In this document: piece after piece, positions 24,718-34,046 of the stretch | Layout of the letters: every line of letters begins with the position of its first letter | How positions within the stretch are numbered: position 1 is the stretch's first letter | Assembly: GCA_963749395.1 (NCBI GenBank) | Contig: CAVVMT010000019.1 | Coordinates: 5,934 to 69,933 of the forward strand | Length of the DNA stretch: 64,000 nt | Direction of reading: 5' to 3' | From: Vulcanimicrobiota bacterium | Lineage (GTDB): Bacteria > Vulcanimicrobiota > Vulcanimicrobiia > Vulcanimicrobiales > Vulcanimicrobiaceae | Notes under the pieces: model-generated | The model's database searches: none | What the model saw: only the letters and a program-made list of their open reading frames with translations | What the model was told of the DNA's origin: nothing | Position numbers and translations under genes: made by a program

Positions 24718-26114
24718 GCGCCCCCGCGGTTGAGGCGCCGACCAATCCGTACACCAAGCGCATGGCCCGATTCGTCTCCGGCCTGCGCTATGAAAACATT
24801 CCCGCGAACGTGCGCCACCGGATCAAGCTGCTGATCCTCGACTCGTTCGGGTGCGGGCTTTACGGCGCGCAGTTACCGTGGAGCAAGATCCTCGCCCAGA
24901 CGCTGGCGTCGGTCGACGACACGCGCACGTGCTCGGTGTGGGGCACGGGGCTCAAGCTGAGCTCGCCCCACGCGGCGCTCGCGAACGGCTCGCAGGTGCA
25001 AGGCTTCGAGCTCGACGACGCTCACCCGTACGGCGTCCTGCACGTCGGGGCGGTGACGCTGTCGCCGATCGTCGCGCTCGTCGATTCGGGCACGAAGCTT
25101 ACCGGCAAGGACTTCCTCACCGCGGCGGTCGCGGGCTACGAAGTCGGTCCGCGCGTCGGGCTGTGCATGAATCCCGAACACATCGCGCAGGGATGGCACT
25201 CGGCCGGCACGGTCGGCGTGTTCGCCGCCGCTGCCGGTGCGGCGCGGGCCCTGGAACTCGATGAAGAGCAAACCGTGCACGCGCTCGGGATCGCCGGGAC
25301 GCAAGCCGCCGGGTTGATGGCGGCGCAGTTCGGCGCGATGGTCAAGCGGATGCATTCGGGCCGCTCGGCGCAGAGCGGACTCTACGGCGCACTGCTCGCC
25401 AAGAACGGCTTCACCGGGATCCAAAACGTCTTCGAGAGCGAGTACGGCGGCTTCTGCACGACGTTCTCGCGTTCGACCGACCGCTTCGACATGGAGCGGT
25501 TGATCGCGGGCTTCGACCAGACGTGGGAGACGCTGCGGATCGGGCTCAAGTTCTACTCGTGCGTGATGAGCAATCACACCGCGCTCGACGGCGTGCGCGA
25601 GCTGCGCGCGCAGCATCCGTTCGGCCCTGATGACGTCGCCCGGATCGTCGTCGAGGGCTCGTACGTCACGGTCGAACACGCCGGCTGGCGTTACGTCCCC
25701 AACGGGATGACGGCCGCCCAGTTGAACCTGCCGTTCTGCATCGCGACCTTGCTCTACGAGAACGACGTCTTCGTCGATCAGTTCACGCCCGAAACGATCG
25801 TCGATCCCCAAAAGATCGCGCTCGCGCATCGGGTCGAGGTCGTGGAGGATCCAGAGATCACGGCAGCGGGCCGCGAACGGCGGCACGCGGTCAAGCTCGC
25901 GATCGAGCTGAAGGACGGCACGTTGCTGCGCACTGCGGTCGAAACGCAGCGCGGCAGCGACCGCCGTTTCGCGAGCGACGCCGACATCGTCGAGAAGTTC
26001 GAGAAGCTCGCGCGTCACGGGGTCGCGGCGGAGCGCGTCGGGACGATTCGCGACCTGGTCCTCAACCTCGAGGAGCTCGGCGACGCCTCCGAGTTGACCC
26101 GTCTCTTGGCCTGA
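24714..26114 (+). CDS. MmgE/PrpD family protein, copy 1
   Basis: MARFVSGLRYENIPANVRHRIKLLILDSFGCG. 466 aa. ATG overlaps the upstream stop (ATGA). Confidence 0.85.
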   Translation: MSAPAVEAPTNPYTKRMARFVSGLRYENIPANVRHRIKLLILDSFGCGLYGAQLPWSKILAQTLASVDDTRTCSVWGTGLKLSSPHAALANGSQVQGFELDDAHPYGVLHVGAVTLSPIVALVDSGTKLTGKDFLTAAVAGYEVGPRVGLCMNPEHIAQGWHSAGTVGVFAAAAGAARALELDEEQTVHALGIAGTQAAGLMAAQFGAMVKRMHSGRSAQSGLYGALLAKNGFTGIQNVFESEYGGFCTTFSRSTDRFDMERLIAGFDQTWETLRIGLKFYSCVMSNHTALDGVRELRAQHPFGPDDVARIVVEGSYVTVEHAGWRYVPNGMTAAQLNLPFCIATLLYENDVFVDQFTPETIVDPQKIALAHRVEVVEDPEITAAGRERRHAVKLAIELKDGTLLRTAVETQRGSDRRFASDADIVEKFEKLARHGVAAERVGTIRDLVLNLEELGDASELTRLLA

Positions 26115-26151
26115 AAGGCACAAACACCGGTAGCGCGTGGAGGGATATCGG

Positions 26152-27675
26152 ATGAATGCGAAACGGACCTATGACGTGATCGTGATCGGTGCCGGCAACG
26201 CGGCCTTTGCCGCCGCGGTCGCCGCACGCGAGCGCGGGTGCGACGTTCTCGTCTTGGAAAAGGCCGACGAGAAAACGCGCGGCGGCAACACGCGCTTCAC
26301 GGGCGGCATCTTCCGCTGCGTGTATCGCGGGCTGGACGATCTGATGCCGCTGATCGGCAAGCACGGCGATCCGGCGAAGGTGATCGTCGATCCATATCCG
26401 CGCGAAGCCTTTCTCGCCGATCTCGAACGCGTGACCGGCGGCCGCAACGATCCGGAACTGAGCGCGATCTTGGTCGACCGCTCGTACGAAACGGTCCGGT
26501 GGATGGCCGGTCTGGGCATCGAGTGGGAGTTCGGCAAAGTCGTCGGCGCGGCGATGATCCCCGGCACCGACAAGATGCAGCTCTCGTTCGGGGCCGCTCT
26601 GCGCTCGTATCACGAAGGCGTCGGCTTGTCGGCCGGATGGTTCGCGGTGGCCGGCGAGCGGGGCATCGAAGTCCGCTATCAGGCGCAAGCGATGCGGTTG
26701 CTCACCGACAACGGGCGCGTTAACGGCGTCATGGTGCGCACGAACGACGGCATTGAAGAATTGCACGCCAGCGCCGTCGTGCTCGGCAACGGCGGATTCC
26801 AAGCCAGCCCCGAGATGCGCACCGCGTACTTGGGCCCGGCGTGGAGCACGGTGAAGGTGCGCGGCACGCGTTACGATACCGGCGAACTGACGCGTGCGGC
26901 GTTCGAGTTAGGCGCGGCGTCGGCCGGCCAGTGGTCGGGCTGTCATGCGACCCCGATCGACGCGGACGCGCCGGAGTACGGGGAGTTGCGCCTGACCGAC
27001 AAGACGAACCGCCTCTCGTATCCCTACTGCGTGATGATCAATCTCGACGGCGAGCGATTTCTCGACGAAGGGGTCGACTTCAACACGTACACGTACGCGA
27101 AGTACGGTGGTGAAATTCTGAAGGAACGCGGCGGGATCGCATTCGAGATCTTCGATCAGCAGACGATCGGGAATCTCGAACCACGATATAGCACCGGCGT
27201 CCCGGTAGTGGCCGACACGTTCGCCGGCCTGGTCGACGGGATCGAACGGCGCTTCGGCAAGCATGGGTTCAACAAGGCCGCGGCGCTGGCGACGCTCGCG
27301 CAATACAACGAGGCGGCCAACGACCCGACGCCGTTCAATCCGACGGTGCTCGACGGAAAACGCACGACCGGTCTAGGGATCGAGAAGACGAACTGGGCGA
27401 CCCGCCTCGAGAAGCCGCCGTACGTCGCCTATGCGGTGACCGGCGGCATCACGTTTACCTTCGGCGGCCTGCGGATCGACACCGAAGCGCGCGTGATCGA
27501 TCTGGCAGGGCGGCCGATCCGCGGGCTGTTCGCGAGCGGCGAGAACACCGGCGGGTTCTTCTACGTGAATTATCCGGCCGGCGCAGGGCTCACCCGCGGC
27601 GCCGTGTTCGGGCGCATCGCCGGCAACGGGGCGGCGTCGCTCGTAGAGGAGCGAACGGCCGCCCCCGCGCGCTGA
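26152..27675 (+). CDS. TcuA-like FAD flavoprotein, copy 2
   Basis: GGAGGG upstream of ATG 26152. YDVIVIGAGNAAFAAAVAARERGCDVLVLEKA..RGGNTRFTGG. About 50 percent identical to copy 1, by eye. Confidence 0.8.
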   Translation: MNAKRTYDVIVIGAGNAAFAAAVAARERGCDVLVLEKADEKTRGGNTRFTGGIFRCVYRGLDDLMPLIGKHGDPAKVIVDPYPREAFLADLERVTGGRNDPELSAILVDRSYETVRWMAGLGIEWEFGKVVGAAMIPGTDKMQLSFGAALRSYHEGVGLSAGWFAVAGERGIEVRYQAQAMRLLTDNGRVNGVMVRTNDGIEELHASAVVLGNGGFQASPEMRTAYLGPAWSTVKVRGTRYDTGELTRAAFELGAASAGQWSGCHATPIDADAPEYGELRLTDKTNRLSYPYCVMINLDGERFLDEGVDFNTYTYAKYGGEILKERGGIAFEIFDQQTIGNLEPRYSTGVPVVADTFAGLVDGIERRFGKHGFNKAAALATLAQYNEAANDPTPFNPTVLDGKRTTGLGIEKTNWATRLEKPPYVAYAVTGGITFTFGGLRIDTEARVIDLAGRPIRGLFASGENTGGFFYVNYPAGAGLTRGAVFGRIAGNGAASLVEERTAAPAR

Positions 27676-27697
27676 CCACCCGGAGTTTGGAGCAACG

Positions 27698-29056
27698 ATG
27701 GTTTCGACGTTAACCGAGCGTTTTGTCGATTGCGCGCGCGGCGTTCGTTACGACGATCTGCCGCGCGCGGCGATCGACATGGCCAAGGCAGTCGCCCTCG
27801 ATGGGCTCGGCGTGACCGTCGCGGGCTCCGACGAGCCGCTCGGTTTGGGGCGCATCGTCAAGCAGTACGTTCGTGAGAATGCCGGCAGCGGAGTTGCGAC
27901 CGTCGTCACCGGCGGCTTCAAGGCGTCGCCGGCCGAAGCCGCCTTCGCCAACGGGACGATGGCGCACGCGCTCGACTTCGACAACACGTGGTACCCGCTC
28001 AACCATCCGACCTCGCCGACGCTGCCGGCGATCTTGGCGGTCGCGGAGCATCGCGGGCTGGCGGGGAAGGCGGTCGTCGAGGCGATCGTCGTTGCGTTCG
28101 AAGTGCAGGGGCGCCTGCGGCTCGCGGCCCACGGCCTCGAGACGGGGAAGCGGTTCCATAAGCCGGGGACCACGGGGCTCTTCGGCGCGACTGCGGGCGT
28201 CGCAAAGCTGCTGAACCTCGACCGCAATCAGTGGCTCATGGCGTTCGGGCTCGCGGGCTCGCGGGCCGGCAGTCTCTCGATCAACACCGGCACGATGACG
28301 AAGTCGTCGCATTCGGGCCACGGCGCGCGCATGGGGGTCGAGTGCGCGGTGCTGGCCTCGATGGGCTGGACGGCGGCGTCCGACGTCTTCGGACCCAATG
28401 GCTTCTTCGACGCATTCTCCCCTGGGAACGCCGAGCCGGCGCTGATCGTCGAGGGCTTCGGTGCCCCGTTCCGGATGGTCGAACCCGGCGTGGGGTTCAA
28501 GAAGCATCCCAGCAACTATTTCACCCACCGGCCGATCGACGCCGCGCTCGCATTGCGTCGCGAGCACAACATCGACCCGGCCGACGTCGAGCGGGTCGAG
28601 GTCCGATTTCCACGCTTTCCGTACGTCGACCGGCCGCAGCCGCAGACCGGGCTGGACGGCAAGTTCAGCGTGCAGTACACGACCAGCGTGGCGCTGCTCG
28701 ACGGCGGGGTCGAAGTCGATTCGTTCACGAACGAGCGCCGCTTCGCGGCCGACGCCGTCGCGATGCTGCCGCGCGTGCACGTGATCTTCGACGACACGAT
28801 CCCAGCGGACTTCGACCGCATGCACGTCGACCTGAAGGTGGTGCTGCGCGACGGGACGATATTCGAGAAACGCGTGCAGGAGCTGACGGGGTGGGTCGGC
28901 TTTCCGCTGACGCGCGAACAGAGGCTCGACAAGTTCTACCGCTGCACCCGCCGCCTCATCGGCGAAGATCGCGCGCGAGCTGCGGTCGGGCTCGTGGAAA
29001 CGCTCGAAGAGCAGCCGGACGTGCGCGCGCTCATGGACCTGTTGCGCGACGGTTGA
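27698..29056 (+). CDS. MmgE/PrpD family protein, copy 2
   Basis: LTERFVDCARGVRYDDLPRAAIDMAKAVALDGLGVTVAG. 452 aa. Confidence 0.85.
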   Translation: MVSTLTERFVDCARGVRYDDLPRAAIDMAKAVALDGLGVTVAGSDEPLGLGRIVKQYVRENAGSGVATVVTGGFKASPAEAAFANGTMAHALDFDNTWYPLNHPTSPTLPAILAVAEHRGLAGKAVVEAIVVAFEVQGRLRLAAHGLETGKRFHKPGTTGLFGATAGVAKLLNLDRNQWLMAFGLAGSRAGSLSINTGTMTKSSHSGHGARMGVECAVLASMGWTAASDVFGPNGFFDAFSPGNAEPALIVEGFGAPFRMVEPGVGFKKHPSNYFTHRPIDAALALRREHNIDPADVERVEVRFPRFPYVDRPQPQTGLDGKFSVQYTTSVALLDGGVEVDSFTNERRFAADAVAMLPRVHVIFDDTIPADFDRMHVDLKVVLRDGTIFEKRVQELTGWVGFPLTREQRLDKFYRCTRRLIGEDRARAAVGLVETLEEQPDVRALMDLLRDG

Positions 29057-29086
29057 GCTGCCCCGGGTCCGCGTGCGCCGCGGAGC

Positions 29087-30511
29087 TTAGCACATGAGGG
29101 CTTGCTGCAACGACGCGACCTCGACGCGATTGCATCCCGCCGCTTTGGCACGATACATCGCCGCGTCGGCGCGCGAGACGGCCGCCGACCAATCCCGGTC
29201 GCCGGAGAGCATCGGCGCCACGCCGATGCTGACGCTGAAGTTGAAGGCGCCGAGCGGAGATGCGATCGGCAGGCCGGCGATCGTCGACCGGATCCGCTCC
29301 GCCATGAGCTGCGCCCCGGGCACGCGTGTGTGCGTGAGCAGCACGACGAACTCCTCACCGCCGAACCGGGCCGGCAAATCGGTGGCGCGCGCGATCGACT
29401 TGAGAACCGACGCCAGCGCCGTCAGCGCACGGTCGCCGGCTTCGTGCCCGTGCGTGTCGTTCACGTGCTTGAAGCGATCGATGTCGATCATCAGTAACGC
29501 GCTCGCCGTGCCGTGCCTCTTGATCCGCGCCAGTTCGTTCTGCATGGCCTCCGTGAGGGCACGCCTGTTCGCCAACGCCGTGAGCGGATCGGTGCGCGCC
29601 AGCTCTTGGAATCGCTCGTTCAGCGTTTCCAACTCGGTGACCGTCAGCCGGAGCTGATCCTCGAGCGCGTGGCGATAGGTGACGTCGCGCGCGACCCCCA
29701 GGATGCCGATCGGGGCACCGGCTGCGTCGCGCAACGGCGTTCTGATCGTCTCCACCCACGCTCGACGGCCGTCGCCCGCGTAGGTCAGGGTTTCTTCCAC
29801 GACGTCCAAGTTGGAATGCAGTGCCGCCAGATCGCGCTCGCGAAACGCATCCGCGAGCTCGAAGTCGATGAAGTCGCGGTCCGTTTTGCCGACGATCTGC
29901 ATCCGGGTCGCGCCGAAGAAACGTTCGAAGGCCGGGTTGCACTCCCGATAGACTCCGTTGAGGTCTTTGAGCCAGAGCAAGTCGGGGATCATCGTGATGA
30001 TCGTCCGGAGTTGCTTCTCGACCTGGCGCATCGAGTCGTTCGACGTTCGCAACTGCTCCAACGTTTCGCGCAGCCGTCTGGTCGCCTCGATGCGCGCCGT
30101 GATGTCGGTGAACACGGCAAAAACGTGCTGAACCGTACCGTCGCCGCCGGCCAGTCGAGCCGTGTTGACGCTGATCCAGCGCGGGCGATGCGCCCCATGC
30201 CGGATGCCCATGACCACGCCGTGGCAGGGCTCTCCACTGCGAAGCGTGACGGCCGCGGGATGGTCGTGTGCGGGGAACGGCGATCCGTCTTCGTGGACCG
30301 TCACGCAATCGACGTCGTACGACGTACGCCCTATGAGGTGCTCCTCCGAAAGCCCGAGCATCGCCGTCGCGGAGGCATTGCACAGGACGATCCGCCCGTC
30401 AGCGCCGTGGACGACGATCCCCTCCGCTGCGACGCGCAGCAGGCTTTCGAGAAATGTCCGTTCGACTTTTTGCAAGATGATGTCCGAACCCCAATCGAGC
30501 CGCACCCGCAC
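29087..30511 (-). CDS. PAS-PAS-GGDEF diguanylate cyclase
   Basis: Two PAS-like segments, then [12 protein letters not shown] and the active-site motif [11 protein letters not shown]. Confidence 0.9.
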   Translation of the reverse strand: MRVRLDWGSDIILQKVERTFLESLLRVAAEGIVVHGADGRIVLCNASATAMLGLSEEHLIGRTSYDVDCVTVHEDGSPFPAHDHPAAVTLRSGEPCHGVVMGIRHGAHRPRWISVNTARLAGGDGTVQHVFAVFTDITARIEATRRLRETLEQLRTSNDSMRQVEKQLRTIITMIPDLLWLKDLNGVYRECNPAFERFFGATRMQIVGKTDRDFIDFELADAFRERDLAALHSNLDVVEETLTYAGDGRRAWVETIRTPLRDAAGAPIGILGVARDVTYRHALEDQLRLTVTELETLNERFQELARTDPLTALANRRALTEAMQNELARIKRHGTASALLMIDIDRFKHVNDTHGHEAGDRALTALASVLKSIARATDLPARFGGEEFVVLLTHTRVPGAQLMAERIRSTIAGLPIASPLGAFNFSVSIGVAPMLSGDRDWSAAVSRADAAMYRAKAAGCNRVEVASLQQALMC

Positions 30512-30867
30512 TAGTAGGTTATCGACAAGGTTCTCGCGGTGAAACGAAACTCCAAGGAACTTGGAGCAAAGATTGCGTCATGATTCTCTGTTGGGGGTGG
30601 CAATCATTTTTATGATCGTCGAAATGAGGAACGCCCACAAGCGTTCTTAGGACGATCGCATCGAATGCGGAATGTGCGATGCCGTACCAATCTTCGCGTT
30701 AGCGTTCACATCGTCGCGACCGGGCGCGCGCCTTGACAAACACGCGCGCTCTGCGTACGTTTTCTATACCGATGAGAGCGACGCACGTTAGGTGCGCGCG
30801 CTCGTTTCGCGTCGTCTCGGCACCGGCGTCCAGCGTCAAGCCCAGTCCGTCGCTTGGAGGAACGGCA

Positions 30868-32265
30868 GTGATAGTCAGCCTGTCCGCGCAGCTTGCGGAA
30901 TTTTGCACGACGGTTGCGAGCGGCGACATACCTACGGAGGTTCGTGCTCGGGCGCGGGAGCTCGCGCTCGACTTTCTCGCGGTCGTTGCCCGCGCGAGCC
31001 TCGCTCCTTCGAGCGCGATGATCCGCAACGCCGCGCGCGCGTTGTCCACCCAAGGCCCGTGCGCCGTCATCGGCGCGGGCTACACGCTCGCACCGCAGGC
31101 TGCGGCACTGGCGAACGGCGGCACCGCGCACGCGATCGAGATGGACGACGTCACCGAGCTGTCGTCGCTCCATCCCGGCGTCGTCGTCTTCCCCGCCGCT
31201 TTGGCCATGGCGCAGGCCACGGAGGCGAGCGGCGCGGCGTTCTTGACCAGCGCGATCCTGGGATACGAGGTCATCGGCCGCTTGGGCAACGCGATCAACG
31301 TCAAATCGCACTATGCCCAAGGCTTTCATCCGACCGCCACCTGCGGCACTTTTGCGGCGGCCGCCATCGCCGCGCGCCTGCTGCGCTTGAGCGCGGAGCG
31401 AGCGACGCACGCGCTCGCGATCGCCGGGAGCATGGCCGCCGGCTCGATGCAGTACATGGATAACGGTTCGCTGGTCAAGCGCATGCATCCGGGCATGGCC
31501 GCGCACGCCGGGATCGTCGCGGCCCTGATGGCGGCCGAAGGGATCACCGGCCCGCGTGAGATTTTCGAGGGGGCGCACGGGTTCTTGCACGCGTACTCGG
31601 ACACAACGCATCCCGAGCGGATCCTCGCCGGTCTGGGCGCGGTTTGGGAAGTGAGCGAGACCGCCATCAAGCCGCACTCGTGCTGCCGTCACAATCACGC
31701 TGCCATCGACGCGCTACTCGACGTCGTGAACGCGCACGACCTCGTTGCCGACCAGATCGCGGCGATTCGGGTGGAGATTCCCGCGAGCAGCATCCCGATC
31801 GTCGCCGAGCCGCACGCGATCAAACACGATCCGCGGAGCGTCGTCGACGCGCAATTCAGCTTGCCGTATGCGCTGGCGGTCGCCGCCCGCTTCCGGCGTG
31901 CGTTGCTGCCCGAGTACCGCGAGGAGGCCATCTTCGACCCGGGCGTGCGGCGGCTCTTGGGGGTCGTCGAGTGCCGGCCGGCGGCGGACCTCGATGCCGT
32001 GTTCCCGGCAACGTGGCCCGCGCGGGTCGCGGTGGAACTGCACGACGGGCGCTGCTTCGCCGCGGCAGCGGCGAACGCCAAGGGAAGTCCCCGCAATCCA
32101 CTCGGCGCCGCCGAGTTGCGGGCGAAGGTTCACGGGCTTCTGGACGGTATCGTTTCGTCTGCGGCCGCGGCGTCGCTGATCGATGCGGCGGAGCGGATCG
32201 ACGATCTGCCCCGCGTCGACGCGCTCGTCGCGCCCCTGCTCGGACGGCCGGCGGTGCCGGCATGA
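30868..32265 (+). CDS. MmgE/PrpD family protein, copy 3
   Basis: GGAGGA, 6 nt, then GTG 30868. LSAQLAEFCTTVASGDIPTEVRARARELALDFLAV and HAIEMDDV. Confidence 0.8.
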   Translation: MIVSLSAQLAEFCTTVASGDIPTEVRARARELALDFLAVVARASLAPSSAMIRNAARALSTQGPCAVIGAGYTLAPQAAALANGGTAHAIEMDDVTELSSLHPGVVVFPAALAMAQATEASGAAFLTSAILGYEVIGRLGNAINVKSHYAQGFHPTATCGTFAAAAIAARLLRLSAERATHALAIAGSMAAGSMQYMDNGSLVKRMHPGMAAHAGIVAALMAAEGITGPREIFEGAHGFLHAYSDTTHPERILAGLGAVWEVSETAIKPHSCCRHNHAAIDALLDVVNAHDLVADQIAAIRVEIPASSIPIVAEPHAIKHDPRSVVDAQFSLPYALAVAARFRRALLPEYREEAIFDPGVRRLLGVVECRPAADLDAVFPATWPARVAVELHDGRCFAAAAANAKGSPRNPLGAAELRAKVHGLLDGIVSSAAAASLIDAAERIDDLPRVDALVAPLLGRPAVPA

Positions 32266-33527
32266 CGGCGATGACGATGACGGAGAAAATCTTGGCGAGC
32301 CACGCCGATCGCGACGTGGTTCGTCCCGGCGATCTGGTGCAGGTCCGCGTCGATCAGACGTACAGCGACGATCTCGGAGCGCCGATTTCGATCGGGATAT
32401 TGCGCGAGTACGGTATCACCAAGGTGTTCGATCCCGAGCGCGTGTTCTTGACGCCGATGGTCAACACGCCGAGCAAGAGCGCGACCGTCGCCAACACGGT
32501 GAAGCTGATGCGCGATTTCTGCCGGGAGATGGGCATCGAGCGGTTCTTCGCCGACGGCGCGCAAGCGATCCACAACGTCGCGGCGATCGAGCGCGGTCTG
32601 GTGCTCCCCGGCGAGCTGCTCGCCGGCGGTAACTCACACGCGTGCACCGGGGGCGGCGTCGGCGCGTTTGCGACCGGCATCGGTTCGACCGACGTCGCCG
32701 CGGTACTGGCCACCGGGCGAACGTGGTTCCGCGTTCCGGCGACGATCCGCTTCAATTATCACGGGCAGCTTGCGCCGTGGGTGACGGGCAAGGACCTGAT
32801 GCTGGCGACGATCGGCAAGATCGGGGTCGCCGGCGCGCTCGGATGCGCGATGGAGTTCGGCGGTGAAGCGATCGGGGCGCTCTCGGTCGAGGAACGGTTC
32901 GCGTTGCCGAACATGGCGGTGGAAGCCGGGGCGCTCAACGGGATCATCGAGCCCGACGACGCGATGCTCGCATACGTTTCCGACCGCGCGCAACGGCCGT
33001 TCACGCCCGTCTATGCGGATGCAGGTGCCGAGTACGTGGCGGTGCACGACATCGACGCGGGGGCAGTTACGCCGGTCGTGGCGCTGCCGAGCAAGCCGAG
33101 CAATGCGAGGCCGGTCGCCGAGATCGGCCGTATCGCGATCGATCAAGTCTACATCGGTTCGTGCACGAACGGCTGGCTGACCGACATGCGCGCGGCTGCG
33201 GAGATCCTGCGCGGGCGCAAGGTGGCCGAGACCGTGCGGCTGATCGTCATTCCGAGCACGAGCGACATCTACAAACAATGCCTCCGCGAGGGCATCGCCG
33301 AGATCGTGACCGACGCCGGTGGCGTGTTCAGCCCCACGACCTGCGGCCCGTGCATCGGGGCGCACATGGGCGTGCTCGGCGACGGCGAGCGCTGCGTCTC
33401 GACCTCGAACCGCAACTTCGTCGGGCGTCAGGGTTCGCCCACGGCGGAGACCTACTTGACGAACCCGTGGGTTGCCGCTGCCTCGGCCGTCCTCGGGTAC
33501 ATCGGTTCACCCGACGAGTTGAGGTAA
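32262..33527 (+). CDS. aconitase-family dehydratase large subunit (LeuC / homoaconitase-like)
   Basis: MTEKILASHA..., GNSHACTGGGVGAFATGIGSTD, IGSCTNG, CGPCIG. ATG overlaps the upstream stop (ATGA). Confidence 0.85.
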   Translation: MTAMTMTEKILASHADRDVVRPGDLVQVRVDQTYSDDLGAPISIGILREYGITKVFDPERVFLTPMVNTPSKSATVANTVKLMRDFCREMGIERFFADGAQAIHNVAAIERGLVLPGELLAGGNSHACTGGGVGAFATGIGSTDVAAVLATGRTWFRVPATIRFNYHGQLAPWVTGKDLMLATIGKIGVAGALGCAMEFGGEAIGALSVEERFALPNMAVEAGALNGIIEPDDAMLAYVSDRAQRPFTPVYADAGAEYVAVHDIDAGAVTPVVALPSKPSNARPVAEIGRIAIDQVYIGSCTNGWLTDMRAAAEILRGRKVAETVRLIVIPSTSDIYKQCLREGIAEIVTDAGGVFSPTTCGPCIGAHMGVLGDGERCVSTSNRNFVGRQGSPTAETYLTNPWVAAASAVLGYIGSPDELR

Positions 33528-33533
33528 GCGCGC

Positions 33534-34046
33534 ATGTTCGAGGGGAACGCCTGGGTGTTCGGCGACGACGTCGACACCGACGTCATCATCCCGGCGAAGT
33601 ATCTGGTCACGTGGGACCCGGCGACGCTGGCCGCACGCTGCTTCGAGGGTGTGGATCCAAGCCTGGCCGCGCGGATCGCCCCAGGCGATATCGTGATCGC
33701 CGGCAAGAACTTCGGCTGCGGAAGTTCGCGCGAGCACGCGGCGATCGCGATGAAAGGGCTGGGCATCAGCTGCGCGATCGCCGTGAGTTACGGCCAGATC
33801 TTCTACCGCAACAGCTTCAACCTCGGCATCCCGCTGCTCGAAGCCGACATCCCGGCCGGCGCGATCCGGACCGGCGATCGCCTCACGGTCGACCTGTCGA
33901 GCGGCGCCGTTTGCAACCTGAGCGGTGACGCTGCCTTCACGGCCGCGCCGATTCCCGGCTTCATGCGCGAATTGATCGCAGCCGGCGGGCTCATGCCCTA
34001 CGTCGTGCGGTCGCTCGAACGCGAAGCGCCCGGAGGTGTTTCATGA
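33534..34046 (+). CDS. aconitase-family dehydratase small subunit (LeuD-like)
   Basis: GDDVDTDVIIPAKYL and GKNFGCGSSREHA. 170 aa. Confidence 0.85.
   Translation: MFEGNAWVFGDDVDTDVIIPAKYLVTWDPATLAARCFEGVDPSLAARIAPGDIVIAGKNFGCGSSREHAAIAMKGLGISCAIAVSYGQIFYRNSFNLGIPLLEADIPAGAIRTGDRLTVDLSSGAVCNLSGDAAFTAAPIPGFMRELIAAGGLMPYVVRSLEREAPGGVS

Noticed and set aside
30550-30646. Short perfect hairpins in the GGDEF/PrpD3 spacer, considered as intrinsic terminators.
   Set aside because: None is followed by a U-tract on either strand. No upstream gene in the right orientation ends there.
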